A DNA stretch of 64,000 nucleotides, taken from NCBI GenBank assembly GCA_950097015.1, contig CATNEN010000011.1, positions 1,240,001-1,304,000 on the forward strand, read 5' to 3'. Positions 11,556 through 22,800 of this stretch are shown here, piece by piece. The notes beneath the pieces are model-generated. The model did not search any database, was not told the origin of the DNA, and saw only the letters and a program-made list of their open reading frames with translations. This stretch comes from Macrostomum hystrix (Eukaryota; Animalia; Platyhelminthes). Every line of letters begins with the position of its first letter. Within the stretch, counting starts at the first letter, position 1. Position numbers and translations under genes: made by a program.

Positions 11556-12560
11556 CAGAAAGTGGGAGAGAAATAGAAAGACGGAGAGAGAAGGGAACAG
11601 AGAGGAATAGGTAAAGGGAGAGGGATAGAGAGAGGGAGAGGGAGAGAGAGAGGGAGGGAGAGAGAGGGAGAGGGAGAGAGAGATGGAGAGAGGGAGAGAG
11701 AGGGAGAGAGGAGAGAGGACACTGCCCATTGAGTTTCAAAAATATAATGTTGGAATCGATTCCGATATGTATCGAAAAAAATAAATCCGGATTCGAACCA
11801 AGGCATCTTCAGACGCGTTTCGCTCTTATTGGAGCTCATCAGTAGAGTCTATAGCCTTGCGCGTATAAATATTATACATATTTATTTTCAGACTAAAAAG
11901 TGGGAGATAAATAGAAAGATGGAGAGAGAAGGGAACAGAGAGGAAGACGTAAAGGGAGAGGGAAAGGAAGAGAGAGGGAGAGGGAGGGAGGGAGAGAGAG
12001 AGGGAGAGGGATAGAGGGAGAGAGAGAGAGGGAGAGAGAGTGAGGGAGAGTGGGAGAGAGAGGGAGACGGAGAGGGGGAGAGAGAGGGAGAGAGAGGGAG
12101 AGAGAGGGAGAGGGAGAGAGAGGGAGAGAGAGTAAGAGGGAGAGAGAGGGAGAGGAAGAGAGAGGAAGAGGGAGAGAGAGAGGGAGAGAGGGAGAGAGAG
12201 AGTGGGAGAGAGGAGAGAGGACACTGCCCATTGAATTTCAAAAATCTAATGTTGGAATCGATTCCGATATGTATCGAAAAAACTGAAATCAGGATTCGAA
12301 CCATGGCAACTCCAGACGCGTTTCACTCTTTTTGGAGCTCATCAGTAGAGTCTAGCCTAGCGCTCTAGCCATTAGGCTATAGGCCATTAGGCTAGAGGGA
12401 GAGGGAGAGAGAGGGAGAGAGAGGGAGAGGAAGAGGGAGAGAGAGGAAGAGGGAGAGAGAGGAAGAGGGAGAGAGAGGGAGAGGGAGAGGGAGAGAGAGG
12501 GAGAGGGAGAGAGAGGGAGAGGGAGAAGGAGCGAGGGTGAGACGGGGGGGAAGTGAGAAA
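11556..12560. repeat. Tandemly duplicated ~300-460-bp unit containing GA-rich microsatellites, plus a third GA tract
   Basis: Unique flanks recur: AAAGTGGGAGA.AAATAGAAAGA.GGAGAGAGAAGGGAACAGAGAGGAA near 11556 and 11897; GAGAGGACACTGCCCATTGA...GGAGCTCATCAGTAGAGTCTA near 11714 and 12215. Confidence 0.9.
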
Positions 12561-13189
12561 GAGGGAGAGAGCGAGAAGTTGTATTGTGAGAGAATAAAGA
12601 GAAGGGGTAGGGTAGGATAGAATCGAAAGCATACATTAAGTGGAACAAGAAAGAAGGCGAAGAGGCGATGTGCCGCACCTGAGTCGCTCATAGCCCGTAA
12701 GATGAGTAGAGTTAGGACTGTGCTCGGAGGCTCCCTAAGGACAGGCTGTATAACCGAGTTGCGATCATTCTTCTCTTTGACATATTCAAACAGGGCGCAC
12801 TACATGTAGAGCAGTCTATCTAACAAAGCGAAGGATCTTTTATAATTCTTTGTTAAACATGCTAAAAACATTTGGGACAGCAATAGACGAGAATAGGAGG
12901 AATAGGCAAAGATGCTTCGCATGGTTTAGCGGCGAGAAACGGAGATGTGGAGATAAGGAAAAAAATCACGAAAAAGCAGGGAAAGTATAGAAACTGCATT
13001 ATCGCTCGAGGGAAGACTGATTGTGCATAGATACAGAAAAAAATTAAGCAGAGGAACGCATGGGCTTTAGCCTCAGGCAAACAAGCCTCATATGTCAGTT
13101 TAAAAGGGCCTACTAGTCTAATTATTAGTCTTGTTCGTCATTGACTAAATGATATTCTGATTTCAATAGACAAAAGTGGGTATCCACCT

Positions 13190-14345
13190 CATGGACAGGA
13201 CTGGGTGTCCACTCAAAGACAAGATTGGGTGTCCACTCAAAGACAGGATTGGGTGTCAACTCAAAGACAGGATTGGGTGTCAACTCAAAGACAGGATTGG
13301 GTGTCCACTCAAAGACAGGATTGGGTGTCCACTCAAATACAGGATTGGGTGTCCACTCAAAGACAGGAATGGGTGTCAACTCAAAGACAGGATTGGGTGT
13401 TCACTCAAATACAGGACTGGGTGTCCACTCAAAGACAGGATTGTGTGTCCACTGAAAGACAGGATTGGGTGTCAACTCAAATACAGGATTGGGTGTCCAC
13501 TCAAATACAGGATTGGGTGTCCACTCAAAGACAGGATTGGGTGTCCACTCAAAGACAAGATTGGGTGTCCACTCAAAGACAGGATTGGGTGTCAACTCAA
13601 AGACAGGATTGGGTGTCCACTCAAAGACAGGATTGGGTGTCCACTCAAAGACAGGATTGGGTGTCCACTCAAAGACAGGATTGGGTGTCCACTCAAAGAC
13701 AGGATTGGGTGTCCACTCAAAGACAGGATTGGGTGTCCACTCAAAGACAGGATTGGGTGTCAACTCAAATACAGGACTGGGTGTCCACTCAAAGACAGGA
13801 TTGGGTGTCCACTCAAAGACAGGATTGGGTGTCCACTCAAAGACAGGATTGGGTGTCCACTCAAAGACAGGATTGGGTGTCCACTCAAATACAGGACTAT
13901 GTGTCCACCTCAAATACAGGATTGGGTGACCACCTCAAAGACAGGATTGGGTGACCACCTCAAATACAGGATTGGGTGACCACCTCAAATACAGGACTGG
14001 GTGTCCACGTCAAAAACAAAAGTTGGTATCCACCTCATAGACAGGACTGGGTGTCCACCTCAAATACAGAATTGGGTGTCCACTTTAAAGACAGGATTGG
14101 GTGTCAACTCAAAGACAGAATTGGGTGTCCACTTTAAAGACAGGATTGGGTGTCCACTTATAGACAGGGTTGTGTCCACGTCAAAGACAAAAGTGGGTAT
14201 CCACCTCATAGACAGGACTGGGTGTCCACCTCAAACACAGGATTGGGTGTCCACTTTAAAGACAGGATTGGGTGTCCACCCTAACGACAAGAGTGGGTGT
14301 CCACCATATAGACAGGGTGGTGTCCACGTCAAAGACAGGATTGTG
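13190..14345. repeat. 24-bp minisatellite (GGATTGGGTGTCCACTCAAAGACA), about 47 copies, degenerate toward the 3' end
   Basis: Tandem repeat giving several periodic ORFs (STQRQDWV, CPLKDRIG, GVHSKTGL). Confidence 0.95.
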
Positions 14346-14708
14346 TGGGCATAGTTCTGTTCCCTATATTCAAAAGAAAACCTTTGAAAATAATATGAAA
14401 TATGAAGATTATATGATTCGGCGCAACCGGAGTGTCAGAAAATCATGGCGAATTTCTTATAATATGCAATCACAATTTCGAGCTTGTTGTCAGATTTAAA
14501 AAAAATAAAAATAATCATAATTATGAAATTATAGAAAAAAGATTTTGACCTGGAAAGCGAGGTGAACTTTCTATTTATGGGCATTCATCAAAATATGTGT
14601 TCTTCAATAAGCTTGCGTGTTCTTTCATTTAATACATACAGCTTGCAAATGCATTTTAAGTGTTGTGCTTGTGTTTGTTTCTATTTTTAGAAACAGCTGG
14701 CCAGCCAA

Positions 14709-16291
14709 TCAGGACATGATGACATCGCAGCAGAATATCAGCAGTAGGATGGCAATGAAGAACCACAGCAGAACAACGCTGGCTGTAATGAATTTTTTCA
14801 TAAATAGGCCGCACGCTTTGATTTGCTCGGCTGGCTCCGGGTGGAACAGCATGGCGCCGGTGATTACTAACAGTAGGGTGACAATGACAACCGAAAGTAC
14901 GACAGTCGCGATGGCCAAGGCGCTGACCGAGATCAGATCCTCCAAGCAGCGCCAGCCAATCAGGCGGAACAGCAGCAGGGGCAAAATGAAAGCGATGACT
15001 GCCAAGCATAGGCCAATTACTAATAGGAGAATTGGCGCGTCGAGCCATATTCGACACTTGAGTGACAGGTTGGTGATGGTGACGACAACAATTGTGGTCG
15101 GAATGATGAGCATTAACAGCACTGTGTAATGTTTTATATTTTAGCTTGTTTGTTTTAATTACAGATTAAAATGGTCAAAAAAATTCTATTTTTACTCATA
15201 GTAGTATTTCAAGGATATGTGGGTGCGATTTGAGTACTTTTTTATTGTAATTAAATATATATTTGCAGTCTAATTGTGTCTAACAGCAGTTCAGTCCATG
15301 GACTGGTGGGACGCCCTACCCGCCCTCTATTACTCTAGTTGATGCTGGTACCCATTCAATAGCTGAGCGAACTGAAGCAAAGCAGAGGTAAGTGTCTTTA
15401 TATAATACACAAATAGTTCCAGTGGTGTCAGGAATCGAACCCTCGACCTTCAAGTCGCTAGTTAGACGCTCTAACCACTAGGCTACAACCGCCATTCACT
15501 TAGAGACCTGTTTTATTTTACTTCTACATGCAAATTTACTTTTCTACAGGTAAATTTATCAACAAACATCATTGAGAGCCGAGATGGTTGGTCCTACCTA
15601 TCAACACGGCGCACACGCTGGACTGTTTTCTGCGAGCTCTCTGGCGGCTTGAATTTCTTCGTCGCAGCGCCGACATTGTCGGCGTCTCAGCTTTGCCAGC
15701 ACCCCTCACGGCAGCCACGGCGGCCTCTAGGACATTGTCGGCTGTGATTCTGACAACGCGACCACCCCGAGCATCAACCTGCGGTGGTACATTATTAGCT
15801 GCCTGGTATTTAGAGGCCATAGCCGGATGCTGCTGCTGTTGCTGCAGAAACTTCAGCTGCAGCTGGATCTGTTGCTGTTGGTCCAAGTTGCTGTAGGTGC
15901 CACCCTGATTGCTGAAATTTAACACCGCGCCAACAGAGTTAGCATTAGCAACTTCGACAGTTCTGGGACCAACAGCATCAGCAGCAGCATCAACAGCAGC
16001 TAGTTGTTCAAGTAGGACTGCTTTCGTTATAATTCTGCCGCAATTTGGTTGACCAGAGAAGCTAGCTCGACCCGCAGTGGTGACGACATTGTTGCGTCCG
16101 TGGTTAAGCTTCTGAATCCGAGGTTCACTGTCGATGTCTATTGAAGTTTTATTAAGCGCCGAAGCTAGTTCTACATGGTCAGTGTGCGACACTGAATCGT
16201 GCGGCGACAGATAATAGACTCGATCCTGATCGGCAAATCGTACATTCAGGTGAGCGGCTGAAGTACCTGGCGCCGCGGAAGAGGGTTTCAT
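14709..16291 (-). CDS. Two-exon 368-aa four-pass membrane protein with a long disordered N-terminus (exons 16291-15598, 15121-14709); TMEM272-like pattern (tentative)
   Basis: Donor ATAG|GTAGGA at 15598 (phase 1) matches acceptor CACAG| at 15121 (phase 1), joining ...VCAVLI-V-LLMLIIP. Four hydrophobic segments follow, with C-x6-P-x-LLLVIG between TM1 and TM2 and a Cys before TM4. The family call rests on pattern recall only. Confidence 0.72.
15290..15493 (-). mobile_element. tRNA-derived SINE with CORE-like central domain (in the intron of the 4-TM gene)
   Basis: The minus strand reads GGTTGTAGCCTAGTGGTTAGAGCG (A-box) ... GGGTTCGATTCCTG (B-box), then AAGACACTTACCTCTGCTTTGCTTCAGTTCGCTCAGCTATTGAATGGGTACC, which resembles the CORE domain. 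Confidence 0.7.
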
Positions 16292-16504
16292 CGATTTGCT
16301 TTATTTTACCTTTTTTAAGCAAAAAATAATTTTATATTTATGGATGCTTTTGTTGACTAACGCTGAATTTTTTCAACTTATTCTTTTAGAATAAAGATTT
16401 TGACATAGACTAATTAGATAATTTAAACAAAAAATTGTAGTCTAGTCTTTTATCAAGTATGCCAATATAACGGAATAGAATTGAATAGAATAGAATAATA
16501 AATT

Positions 16505-17005
16505 AGGAAAAGAATGGAATAGAATGGAATAGAATGGAATAGAATGGAATAGAATGGAATAGAATGGAATAGAATGGAATAGAATGGAATAGAATGGAAT
16601 AGAATGGAATAGAATGGAATAGAATGGAATAGAATGGAATAGAATGGAATAGAATGGAATAGAATGGAATAGAATGGAATAGAATGGAATAGAATGGAAT
16701 AGAATGGAATAGAATGGAATAGAATGGAATAGAATGGAATAGAATGGAATAGAATGGAATAGAATGGAATAGAATGGAATAGAATGGAATAGAATGGAAT
16801 AGAATGGAATAGAATGGAATAGAATGGAATAGAATGGAATAGAATGGAATAGAATGGAATAGAATGGAATAGAATGGAATAGAATGGAATAGAATGGAAT
16901 AGAATGGAATAGAATGGAATAGAATGGAATAGAATGGAATAGAATGGAATAGAATGGAATAGAATGGAATAGAATGGAATAGAATGGAGTACAATAGAAT
17001 AGAAT
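16505..17005. repeat. (GAATAGAATG)n 10-bp simple satellite, about 47 perfect copies
   Basis: Perfect tandem repeat over 16511-16988. Confidence 0.98.
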
Positions 17006-17192
17006 GGAGTGTAATAGAAAACAAATAAAATAATAAGTCAAAGTGCAGACTGTGCGCAAGTAAGTACATTTGTCTTCTTGTCTGCTTGAAATAATGATGA
17101 TTCCGGGCCCACTGCTTGACTCACCACGATAATGTAAATGAGTTCCTCATATAAGGAATATTATAAAAGATCTTCATTACTTTTCACTTGAC

Positions 17193-17450
17193 CTGTCTAG
17201 ATATATTAGGAAGCTGGTCTTGCAGAAGGCTCGGCGGATTCGGTAAATGTTGGACGTGATGATGCAAGCTGATGATCACTGAGCTGACCTTTTCCTGCGT
17301 CTCGAAGCCGAAAACTTTATTAAACATTTTAATAGAAGTGGCGATGCTTAGGCGTTCAATTATGTGTTTTCGCATGATCTTCTTCAATTTGCTCCATGAA
17401 ATCATCCGCAAGATAATGAATAAAGTGTGCTCATGAGAGTTGATTGCTGT
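17193..17450 (-). CDS. Possible isolated coding exon of an unidentified gene
   Basis: Non-repetitive, protein-like frame (AINSHEHTLFIILRMISWSKLKKIMRKHIIERL...LPNISRQ) ending at CAG|GTCAAG. No partner exons or family identified, and boundaries are approximate. Confidence 0.3.
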
Positions 17451-17464
17451 GAGCTTGCCTGTCT

Positions 17465-19280
17465 ATGAGTAGGCTGTCCAGCCTGTGTTTGAGAAGGCTG
17501 TCCAGCCTGTGTTTGAGTAGGGTCTCCAGCCTGTGTTTGAGTAGGGTCTCCAGCCTGTGTTTGAGTAGGGTCTCCAGTCTGTGTTTGAGTAGGGTGTCTA
17601 GTCTGTGTTTGAGTAGGGTGTCTAGTCTGTGTTTGAGTATGGTGTCCATCCCGTGTTTAAGAAGGGTGACCAACCTGTGTTTGAGAAGGGTGTCCAGCCT
17701 GTGTTTGAGTAGGGTGTCTAGTCTGTGTTTGAGTAGGGTTTCTAGTCTGTGTTTGAGTAGGGTCTCCAGTCTGTGTTTGAGTAGGGTGTCTAGTCTGTGT
17801 TTGAGTAGGGTCTCCAGTCTGTGTTTGAGTAGGGTCTCCAGTCTGTGTTTGAGTAGGGTTTCTAGTCTGTGTTTGAGTAGGGTCTCCAGTCTGTGTTTGA
17901 GTAGGGTCTCCAGTCTGTGTTTGAGTAGGGTCTCCAGTCTGTGTTTGAGTAGGGTCTCCAGTCTGTGTTTGAGTAGGGTCTCCAGTCTGTGTTTGAGTAG
18001 GGTCTCCAGTCTGTGTTTGAGTATAGGGTCTCCAGTCTGTGTTTGAGTAGGGTCTCCAGTCTGTGTTTGAGTAGGGTGTCCAACCTATGTTTGAGTAGGG
18101 TGTCCATCCCGTGTTTGAGTAGGGTGTCCATCCCGTGTTTGAGAAGGGTGTCCAGCCTGTGTTTGAGTAGGGTCTCCAGCCTGTGTTTGAGAAGGGTGTC
18201 CAGCCTGTGTTTGAGTAGGGTCTCCAGCCTGTGTTTGAGAAGGGTGTCCAGCCTGTGTTTGAGAAGGGTCTCCAGCCTGTGTTTGAGAAGGCTGTCCAGT
18301 CTGTGTTTGAGTAGGGTGTCCAGTCTGTGTTTGAGTAGGGTCTCCAGTCTGTGTTTGAGTAGGGTCTCCAGTCTGTGTTTGAGTATAGGGTCTCCAGTCT
18401 GTGTTTGAGTAGGGTCTCCAGCCTGTGTTTGAGAAGGGTGTCCAGTCTGTGTTTGAGTAGGGTGTCCAGTCTGTGTTTGAGTAGGGTCTCCAGTCTGTGT
18501 TTGAGTAGGGTCTCCAGTCTGTGTTTGAGTAGGGTCTCCAGTCTGTGTTTGAGTAGGGTCTCCAGTCTGTGTTTGAGTAGGGTCTCCAGTCTGTGTTTGA
18601 GTATAGGGTCTCCAGTCTGTGTTTGAGTAGGGTCTCCAGTCTGTGTTTGAGTAGGGTGTCCAACCTATGTTTGAGTAGGGTGTCCATCCCGTGTTTGAGT
18701 AGGGTGTCCATCCCGTGTTTGAGAAGGGTGTCCAGCCTGTGTTTGAGTAGGGTCTCCAGCCTGTGTTTGAGAAGGGTGTCCAGCCTGTGTTTGAGTAGGG
18801 TCTCCAGCCTGTGTTTGAGAAGGGTGTCCAGCCTGTGTTTGAGAAGGGTCTCCAGCCTGTGTTTGAGAAGGGTGTCCAGCCTGTGTTTGAGAAGGCTGTC
18901 CAGTCTGTGTTTGAGTAGGGTGTCCAGTCTGTGTTTGAGTAGGGTCTCCAGTCTGTGTTTGAGTAGGGTCTCCAGTCTGTGTTTGAGTATAGGGTGTCCA
19001 GCCTGTGTTTGAGTAGGGTCTCCAGCCTGTGTTTGAGAAGGGTGTCCAGCCTGTGTTTGAGTAGGGTCTCCAGCCTGTGTTTGAGAAGGGTGTCCAGCCT
19101 GTGTTTGAGAAGGGTCTCCAGCCTGTGTTTGAGAAGGCTGTCCAGTCTGTGTTTGAGTAGGGTGTCCAGTCTGTGTTTGAGAAGGCTGTCCAGCCTGTGT
19201 TTGAGTAGGGTGTCCAGCCTGTGTTTGAGAACGCTGTCCAGCCTGTGTTTGAGTAGGGTGTCCAGCCTGTGTTTGAGAAG
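17465..19280. repeat. 24-bp minisatellite (CCTGTGTTTGAGTAGGGTCTCCAG), about 75 copies, with recurring +2-nt (TA) units
   Basis: Tandem repeat. GAGTATAGGG variants at about 18020, 18383, 18600 and 18987 shift the frame and mark block duplications. Confidence 0.96.
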
Positions 19281-19816
19281 GCCATCAAGCTGAGTGTCTC
19301 AGTTATTGTTGTCAATCCCTCATCAAATTCCCCCTGAGACAGCTATCCAATCTGTTCAATTCCTGTAAGACACTGGCCAGCCAATCAGCAATTCCTGTTG
19401 AAAGAGATTTCCATGGTAACACGCATGCCTCTAGCCCTACATCGCATCGCTGAAAGTTATCTATACATGCTAATGTCAATTATTTTACCAAATACACTGC
19501 CGACTCCCTTCTGCCGCTCTGGTAACCAACTCTGAAACACACACTCAACAGTGACATCTCGTTCGAGAAACACCACTGGAAGACTACTAAATTTAAGGCA
19601 AGTTTCAATGCAAGCATGTTTGACATACTTGCTGATGCTGTCATTTGATTGACTTAAATATTGTTTGATAAGCGTGTTCTTTGCATACCAGGAAATGGAA
19701 AAATGAGTCTGGTTTGATGTGCTGGAAGAATATACCCCAGTGCCGATTCACCTCAGAGACAGCAATTAATTATCTAAGTCCCGTATCGTATGTTCTTTGA
19801 CTTTGGCTGTTCAAAC

Positions 19817-22800
19817 TAGCCCCACTCTTCAATTAGCCCCACTCTTCAATTAGCCCCACTCTTCAATTAGCCCCACTCTTCAACTAGCCCCACTCTTCAA
19901 TTAGCCCCACTCTTCAATTAGCCCCACTCTTCAATTAGCCCCACTCTTCAATTAGCCCCACTCTTCAATTAACCCCACTCTTCAATTAGCCCCACTCTTC
20001 AATTAGCCCCACTCTTCAATTAACCCCACTCTTCAATTAGCCCCACTCTTCAATTAGCCCCACTCTTCAACTAGCCCCACTCTTCAATTAACCCCACTCT
20101 TCAATTAGCCCCACTCTTCAATTAGCCCCACTCTTCAATTAGCCCCACTCTTCAATTAGCCCCACTCTTCAATTAGCCCCACTCTTCAATTAGCCCCACT
20201 CTTCAATTAACCCCACTCTTCAACTAGCCCCACTCTTCAATTAGCTCCACTCTTCAATTAGCCCCACTCTTCAATTAGCTCCACTCTTCAATTAGCCCCA
20301 CTCTTCAATTAGCCCCACTCTTCAATTAGCCCCACTCTTCAATTAGCTCCACTCTTCAATTAGCTCCACTCTTCAATTAACCCCACTCTTCAACTAGCCC
20401 CACTCTTCAATTAGCCCCACTCTTCAATTAGCTCCACTCTTCAATTAGCCCCACTCTTCAATTAGCCCCACTCTTCAATTAGCCCCACTCTTCAATTAGC
20501 TCCACTCTTCAATTAGCTCCACTCTTCAATTAACCCCACTCTTCAATTAGCCCCACTCTTCAATTAGCCCCACTCTTCAATTAGCCCCACTCTTCAATTA
20601 GCCCCACTCTTCAACTAGCCCCACTCTTCAACTAGCCCCACTCTTCAATTAGCCCCACTCTTCAATTAGCCCCACTCTTCAATTAGCCCCACTCTTCAAT
20701 TAGCTCCACTCTTCAATTAGCCCCACTCTTCAATTAGCTCCACTCTTCAATTAGCTCCACTCTTCAATTAGCTTTACTCTTCAATTAGCCCCATTCTTCA
20801 ATTAGCTCCACTCTTCAATTAGCTCCACTCTTCAATTAGCTTTACTCTTCAATTAGCCCCATTCTTCAATTAGCTCCACTCTTCAATTAGCTCCACTCTT
20901 CAATTAGCCCCACTCTTCAATTAGCTCCACTCTTCAATTAGCTCCACTCTTCAATTAGGCCCACTCTTCAATTAGCCCCACTTTTCAATTAGCTCCACTC
21001 TTCAATTAGCTCCACTCTTCAATTAGCCCCATTCTTCAATTAGCCCCACTCTTTAATTAGCTCCACTCTTCAATTAGCTCCACTCTTCAATTAGCTCCAC
21101 TCTTCAATTAGCCCCACTCTTCAATTAGCTCCACTCTTCAATTAGCCCCACTCTTCAATTAGCCCCACTCTTCAATTAGCCCCACTCTTCAATTAGCCCC
21201 ACTCTTCAATTAGCCCCACTCTTCAACTAGCCCCACTCTTCAATTAGCTCCACTCTTCAATTAGCCCCACTCTTCAATTAGCCCCACTCTTCAATTAGCT
21301 CCACTCTTCAATTAGTCCCACTCTTCAATTAGCCCCACTCTTCAATTAGCCCCACTCTTCAATTAACCCCACTCTTCAATTAGCCCCACTCTTCAATTAG
21401 CCCCACTCTTCAATTAGCCCCACTCTTCAATTAGCCCCACTCTTCAATTAGCCCCACTCTTCAATTAGCCCCACTCTTCAATTAGCCCCACTCTTCAATT
21501 AGCCCCACTCTTCAATTAGCCCGACTCTTCAATTAGCTCCACTCTTCAATTAGCCCCACTCTTCAATTAGCCCCACTCTTCAATTAGCCCCCACTCTTCA
21601 ATTAGCTCCACTCTTCAATTAGCTCCACTCTTCAATTAGCCCCACTCTTCAATTAGCTTTACTCTTCAATTAGCTCCACTCTTCAATTAGCCCCACTCTT
21701 CAATTAGCCCCACTCTTCAATTAGCCCCACTCTTCAATTAGCCCCACTCTTCAATTAGCTCCACTCTTCAATTAGCTCCACTCTTCAATTAGCTCCACTC
21801 TTCAATTAGCTCCACTCTTCAATTAGCTCCACTCTTCAATTAGCTCCACTCTTCAATTAGCCCCACTCTTCAATTAGCCCCACTCTTCAATTAGCTCCAC
21901 TCTTCAATTAGCTCCACTCTTCAATTAGCTCCAGTCTTCAATTAGCCCCACTCTTCAATTAGCTTTACTCTTCAATTAGCTCCACTCTTCAATTAGCCCC
22001 ACTCTTCAATTAGCCCCACTCTTCAATTAGCCCCACTCTTCAATTAGCCCCACTCTTCAATTAGCTCCACTCTTCAATTAGCTCCACTCTTCAATTAGCT
22101 CCACTCTTCAATTAGCTCCACTCTTCAATTAGCTCCACTCTTCAATTAGCCCCACTCTTCAATTAGCTCCAGTCTTCAATTAGCCCCTCTCTTCAATTAG
22201 CTTTACTCTTCAATTAGCTCCACTCTTCAATTAGCCCCACTCTTCAATTAGCCCCACTCTTCAATTAGCTCCACTCTTCAATTAGCCCCACTCTTCAATT
22301 AGCTCCACTCTTCAATTAGCTCCACTCTTCAATTAGCTCCACTCTTCAATTAGCTTTACTCTTCAATTAGCTCCACTCTTCAATTAGCTCCACTCTTCAA
22401 TTAGCTCCACTCTTCAATTAGCTCCACTCTTCAATTAGCTCCACTCTTCAATTAGCCCCACTCTTCAATTAGCTCCAGTCTTCAATTAGCCCCACTCTTC
22501 AATTAGCTTTACTCTTCAATTAGCTCCACTCTTCAATTAGCCCCACTCTTCAATTAGCCCCACTCTTCAATTAGCCCCACTCTTCAATTAGCTCCAGTCT
22601 TCAATTAGCCCCACTCTTCAATTAGCTTTACTCTTCAATTAGCTCCACTCTTCAATTAGCCCCACTCTTCAATTAGCCCCACTCTTCAATTAGCTCCACT
22701 CTTCAATTAGCTCCACTCTTCAATTAGCCCCACTCTTCAATTAGCTCCACTCTTCAATTAGCTCCACTCTTCAATTAGCTTTACTCTTCAGTTAACCCCA

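Noticed and set aside
11353-12691. Ser/Leu/Pro-rich and Glu/Arg/Gly-rich ORFs
   Set aside because: Translations of GA/TC microsatellites.
13125-14354. CPLKDRIG, STQRQDWV and related periodic ORFs
   Set aside because: Five frames are open because of the 24-bp period; no unique coding flanks.
1160-15493. tRNA-like sequences at about 1160-1233, 9660-9733 and 15425-15493
   Set aside because: They have A/B boxes but no convincing cloverleaf or acceptor stem, and they continue into repeated SINE bodies.
16442-17069. FYSILFHSIP ORFs
   Set aside because: Translation of (CATTCTATTC)n.
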